From Nostoc sp. (lineage in GTDB: Bacteria; Cyanobacteriota; Cyanobacteriia; Cyanobacteriales; Nostocaceae), in the NCBI GenBank assembly GCA_036918135.1, contig JBALDB010000023.1, positions 1 to 57,562 on the forward strand: 57,562 nt of DNA. The letters run 5' to 3'. Shown here piece by piece: positions 54,018 through 57,562 of the stretch. Under the pieces are notes generated by a model. The model saw nothing but the letters and a program-made list of their open reading frames with translations, was not told the DNA's origin and did no database searches. Made by a program: the position numbers and the translations under genes. The stretch's first letter is position 1. Each line of letters begins with the position of its first letter.

Positions 54018-54395
54018 ATGGCGAGTACATCCAATGTCCAGATTACCATCGCCCTCCAAGAGCCTGATTTAGATGACGATGAACTGCAAACACAAACGCA
54101 GATACTATTGCAACAAATGCTGGAACTGGATGAAGTAGAAGACGCTAGTCTTTTGCGTCCAGCAGAAACACCAGTAGGAAGCAAGTCACTTACAGGGCTG
54201 GCTGTAGGTTGGCTAACAGCCCAGGTGAATGGCAAAAACATTAAATCACTGATGGGATTTTTAGGCGATCGCCTTGGTAACAAGACTATTGAACTAGAAA
54301 TTGAAGCCGATGGCAAGAAACTGAAAGTCAAAGCCAGCAGTCGGCAAGAGTTAGAAGCAGCAATTGAGGCAGCCGAGAAATTTGTAGCAGGATAG
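54018..54395 (+). CDS. EACC1-like small effector-associated protein
   Basis: Acidic helix, PVGSK followed by a hydrophobic stretch, IELEIEADGKKLKVKA; 10 bp upstream of a caspase gene. Confidence 0.65.
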   Translation: MASTSNVQITIALQEPDLDDDELQTQTQILLQQMLELDEVEDASLLRPAETPVGSKSLTGLAVGWLTAQVNGKNIKSLMGFLGDRLGNKTIELEIEADGKKLKVKASSRQELEAAIEAAEKFVAG

Positions 54396-54405
54396 AGTTT
54401 TTCAA

Positions 54406-57396
54406 ATGGCTAAAGTAGCATTACTGATTGGGGTGAGTGAATATGAGCCTGGGTTGAACTCGCTACCTGCAGCTGTCAAAGATGTAGAAGCAATGCAGCA
54501 AGTGCTGTCACACCCAGAAATGGGTGACTTTGCCGAGGCGGATATTATCGTACTAAAAAATCCGCTGCGCCAAGATATGGAGGAAGCGATTGAAAATCTA
54601 TTTGCACATCGTCAGAAGGATGACCTGCTGCTTGTGTTCTTCTCCGGTCATGGCATTAAGGATGACACTGGCAGACTGTTCCTAGCAACCCGTACCACAC
54701 GCAAAACTCCAAAAGGAGATTTAATTCGCTCATCCGCAGTTTCAGCTAGTTTTATACATGAAAGTATGAGCCGCAGCCGTTCTAAACGGCAAGTGGTAAT
54801 ATTGGATAGTTGCTTTAGTGGTGCTTTTGCTGAGGGTTTATTAGCCAAAGATGACGGTATAGTAAATATTCGCGAACAATTAGGCGGTGAAGGGCGAGCT
54901 GTTCTCACATCATCTAGCTCAACTCAATATTCTTTTGAGCAGCAAGGGTCAGACCTATCAATTTATACCCGTTATTTGATAGAGGGAATAACAACTGGGG
55001 CGGCTGACTTAGACGAGGATGAAGTTGTCTCAATCGATGAATTGCATGATTATGCCAGCCGGAAGGTTAGAGAAATACAGCCGACTATGAGGCCAGAAAT
55101 CTACACGAGTAGAGAGGGCTTTAAAATTCGACTGACAAAAGTTCCACAAGGCGATCCCAAGCAGAAGTATCGCAAAGAGGTGGCGCGATACAATACCCGT
55201 GGAGAAGTTACTTTTGTGGGTCGCAAGATTTTAGATGCACTAAGAAGTCACTTGGGATTATCTGAGGTAGAAGCAACTGCAATTGAAGATGAAATGTTGG
55301 CAACTTCTCGTCAGGAATTTAGAGAAAAGTTACAGCGATACGAAACAGACTTCACTGAGGCACTCCAGCAGATAATAGCTTTAAATGAAGACGAACTTAA
55401 TTTGCTACGACAGAATCTTCAGCAAATTTTGGGGCTGAGAAATGAGGATACAATACCAATAGAGGCGCGGGTTACCGCACAAATTGAAGCCTACAAGCAG
55501 CATTTACAACACTACGAACAGACATTAACTGAGGCAATGCGACAGGAATATCCTCTAAGTCAAGCTACTTCCTATCGCTTGCAACAGATGCAGCACGAAC
55601 GGCAAATTAGCGATAATGATATAGCTATAATTGAAAGCCGTGTTGCTGCTGTAATAAACGCTTATCAACAAAAGTTGCAGCAGTATGAACAGGCATTTAC
55701 AACAGCTGTGCAGCAGAAATATCCACTCCCTGAACTTAAGCGCTATGAACTACAACAGCAACAACAAATCTTAAGTTTAAAAGATGAAGATATTGCCCCA
55801 ATAGAAGCCAGAATTACGGCTAAGATTGAAAACTACCAGCAAAGATTGCAACAGTATGAGCAAGTGCTAAGTCAAGAAATTGAGCATGAGTACCCGCTTG
55901 GTGAGGAGATTCGGAATGAATTGAAGCGATATCAGCAAGTTTTGGAACTCAAGGATGAAGAAGTAGCAGGAATTGAAGAAAAAGTTATTGACCAAAGAGA
56001 TATCAATCTATCCCCGACCCAGATAATAGGTAAAGCTTCTAAAGCAATTCCTATAAACTCCTCCAATAAATTACGCTTATTGGTTGGTGGGAGTATTTTT
56101 GCTGTGTTTGCTGTAGTTCTAATAATCTCTTCTATACCAAAAACACCCGAGTTATCACAAAATAACGAATCTCAACCTAGTGCTAGTCCATCCATCTCTT
56201 CTACAAATTCTCCGATGACTGCTGAGGATTTTTTTAAAGGAGGAAATGATAAATATCAAAAAAAAGACTATCAGGGAGCAATAGAGGATTTTAATCAAGC
56301 TATCAAAATTAATCCCAACTATGCTAATGCCTACAAGTACCGGGGTGATGCCCACTATTATCTTGGAGATAAAGAGGGAGCAATAGAAGATTACAGCCAA
56401 GCTATCAAAATTAATCCCAACTATGCTAATGCCTACAACAACCAGGGTTTTGTCCGTTCTGAGCTTGGATATAAAAATAGTGCTATAGAGGATTACAGCC
56501 AAGCTATCAAAATTAATCCCAACTATACTATTGCCTACTACAACCGGGGTCTTGCCCGCTTTAATCTTGGAGATAAAAAGGGTGCAATAGAGGATTACAA
56601 CCAAGCTATCAAAATTGATCCCAATTATACTGATGCTTACTACAACAAAAGCTTTGCCCGCTTTAATCTTGGAGATAAAAAGGGTGCGATAGAGGATTTA
56701 AACCAAGCTATCAAAATTAGTCCTAACAATGATAAACTCTACTACAGCCGGGGTATTGCCCGCTATTATCTTGGAGATAAAAAGGGCGAGATAGAGGATT
56801 ATAACCAAGCTATCAAAATTAATCCCAACTATGCTGATGCCTATAACAACCGGGGTGCTGCTCGCTTTGATATTGGAGATAAAAAGGGCGCGATAGAGGA
56901 TTACAACCAAGCTATCAAAATTAATCCCAACTTTGATAAGGCTTACAACAACCGGGGTGCTGCTCGCTTTGATATTGGAGATAAAAAGGGCGCGATAGAG
57001 GATTACAGCCAAGCTATCAAAATTAATTCCAACTATGCTGATGCCTACAACAAGCGAGGTGCTGCCCGCTATTATCTTGGAGACAAAGAGGGCGCGATAG
57101 AGGATTACAACCAAGCTATCAAAATTAATCCTAACTTTGATAAGGCCTACTACAACCGGGGTATTGCCCGCTATTATCTTGGAGATAAAAAGGGCGAGAT
57201 AGAGGATTACAACCAAGCTATCAAAATTAATCCCAACTATGCTGATGCCTACAACAACCGGGGTGCTGCCCGCTCTGATATTGGAGATAAAAAGGGAGCG
57301 ATAGAGGATTTTCAGAAAGCGGCAGAGCTTTATAAGAAACAAGAAAAGACGGCAGATTACACTGATGCAATAAACAGAATCAAGAAGCTTCAGTAA
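54406..57396 (+). CDS. Caspase (C14) - helical repeats - TM - 11xTPR protein
   Basis: KVALLIGVSEY; catalytic FSGHG and LDSC; five ~57-aa helical repeats; TM at ~56071-56136; TPR array. Confidence 0.9.
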   Translation: MAKVALLIGVSEYEPGLNSLPAAVKDVEAMQQVLSHPEMGDFAEADIIVLKNPLRQDMEEAIENLFAHRQKDDLLLVFFSGHGIKDDTGRLFLATRTTRKTPKGDLIRSSAVSASFIHESMSRSRSKRQVVILDSCFSGAFAEGLLAKDDGIVNIREQLGGEGRAVLTSSSSTQYSFEQQGSDLSIYTRYLIEGITTGAADLDEDEVVSIDELHDYASRKVREIQPTMRPEIYTSREGFKIRLTKVPQGDPKQKYRKEVARYNTRGEVTFVGRKILDALRSHLGLSEVEATAIEDEMLATSRQEFREKLQRYETDFTEALQQIIALNEDELNLLRQNLQQILGLRNEDTIPIEARVTAQIEAYKQHLQHYEQTLTEAMRQEYPLSQATSYRLQQMQHERQISDNDIAIIESRVAAVINAYQQKLQQYEQAFTTAVQQKYPLPELKRYELQQQQQILSLKDEDIAPIEARITAKIENYQQRLQQYEQVLSQEIEHEYPLGEEIRNELKRYQQVLELKDEEVAGIEEKVIDQRDINLSPTQIIGKASKAIPINSSNKLRLLVGGSIFAVFAVVLIISSIPKTPELSQNNESQPSASPSISSTNSPMTAEDFFKGGNDKYQKKDYQGAIEDFNQAIKINPNYANAYKYRGDAHYYLGDKEGAIEDYSQAIKINPNYANAYNNQGFVRSELGYKNSAIEDYSQAIKINPNYTIAYYNRGLARFNLGDKKGAIEDYNQAIKIDPNYTDAYYNKSFARFNLGDKKGAIEDLNQAIKISPNNDKLYYSRGIARYYLGDKKGEIEDYNQAIKINPNYADAYNNRGAARFDIGDKKGAIEDYNQAIKINPNFDKAYNNRGAARFDIGDKKGAIEDYSQAIKINSNYADAYNKRGAARYYLGDKEGAIEDYNQAIKINPNFDKAYYNRGIARYYLGDKKGEIEDYNQAIKINPNYADAYNNRGAARSDIGDKKGAIEDFQKAAELYKKQEKTADYTDAINRIKKLQ
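56221..57342 (+). repeat. 102-bp near-identical coding repeats (TPR x11)
   Basis: Recurrent ATAGAGGATTACAACCAAGCTATCAAAATTAATCCCAAC with 102-bp period. Confidence 0.92.
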
Positions 57397-57468
57397 TAGT
57401 TGTATTCTGACAAAAGAGGAATTAGATGATGAAAATAGTTATTAAATTTGCGATCGCAACTCCTAATT

Positions 57469-57562
57469 TAACGTGAGTTCGACAGAACTAAAAAATAGCA
57501 GGAGGCAGTGCAGGTAAATCTTTTGGGTAGATGTCAATGGATGGTTTTTTGGGCAAATAGGT
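57469..57562 (+). mobile_element. End of repeated IS/MITE-like element (truncated at window edge)
   Basis: Inverted homologue of 1-90. Confidence 0.75.

Noticed and set aside
56155..57342. Antisense ORFs of 149 and 214 aa
   Set aside because: Shadows of the TPR repeats; repetitive sequence with no independent coding signal
56221..57342. DGR variable/template repeat or CRISPR array
   Set aside because: No reverse transcriptase or cas gene in the window; the repeats are in-frame coding and differences are not adenine-restricted
1..57562. 57-kb composite transposon
   Set aside because: Cargo includes core genes (rpaA, glgB, ftsI, tamB) and no intact transposase is visible

Overview
Chromosomal segment of a heterocyst-forming cyanobacterium (Nostocales; abundant HIP1 GCGATCGC, heptamer STRRs, small dispersed repeats). 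The centre is a heterocyst glycolipid (hgl) island: hglT, two GT2s, DUF2141 and hgdACB on the minus strand, divergent from hglE(F)-hglG-hglD/C-hglA-hglB and a hetN-position SDR, with hetI convergent. Left flank: a secreted protein, tamB, DUF2085 and efeUOB. Right flank: yheT-like hydrolase, rpaA, glgB, ftsL-like/ftsI, Uma2, chaB, and an EACC1-like + caspase-TM-TPR two-gene module. Most notable: (1) the membrane caspase with 11 near-identical, mosaic TPRs, a candidate variable immune/cell-death receptor; (2) an A10 / A_AAA_AAG slippery site with an immediate -1 stop right after the ACPs of hglE; (3) an unexplained tandem structured non-coding repeat at 48.4-48.76 kb; (4) a HetN-like protein lacking RGSGR; (5) an in-frame mini-element inside a HIP1 site in hglE. 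Also a frameshifted small hgl-island gene, an unannotated 55-aa membrane protein, an IS4 relic and several MITEs. The two window ends are inverted copies of one ~90-bp repeat. Family assignments come from motif recognition, not database searches.
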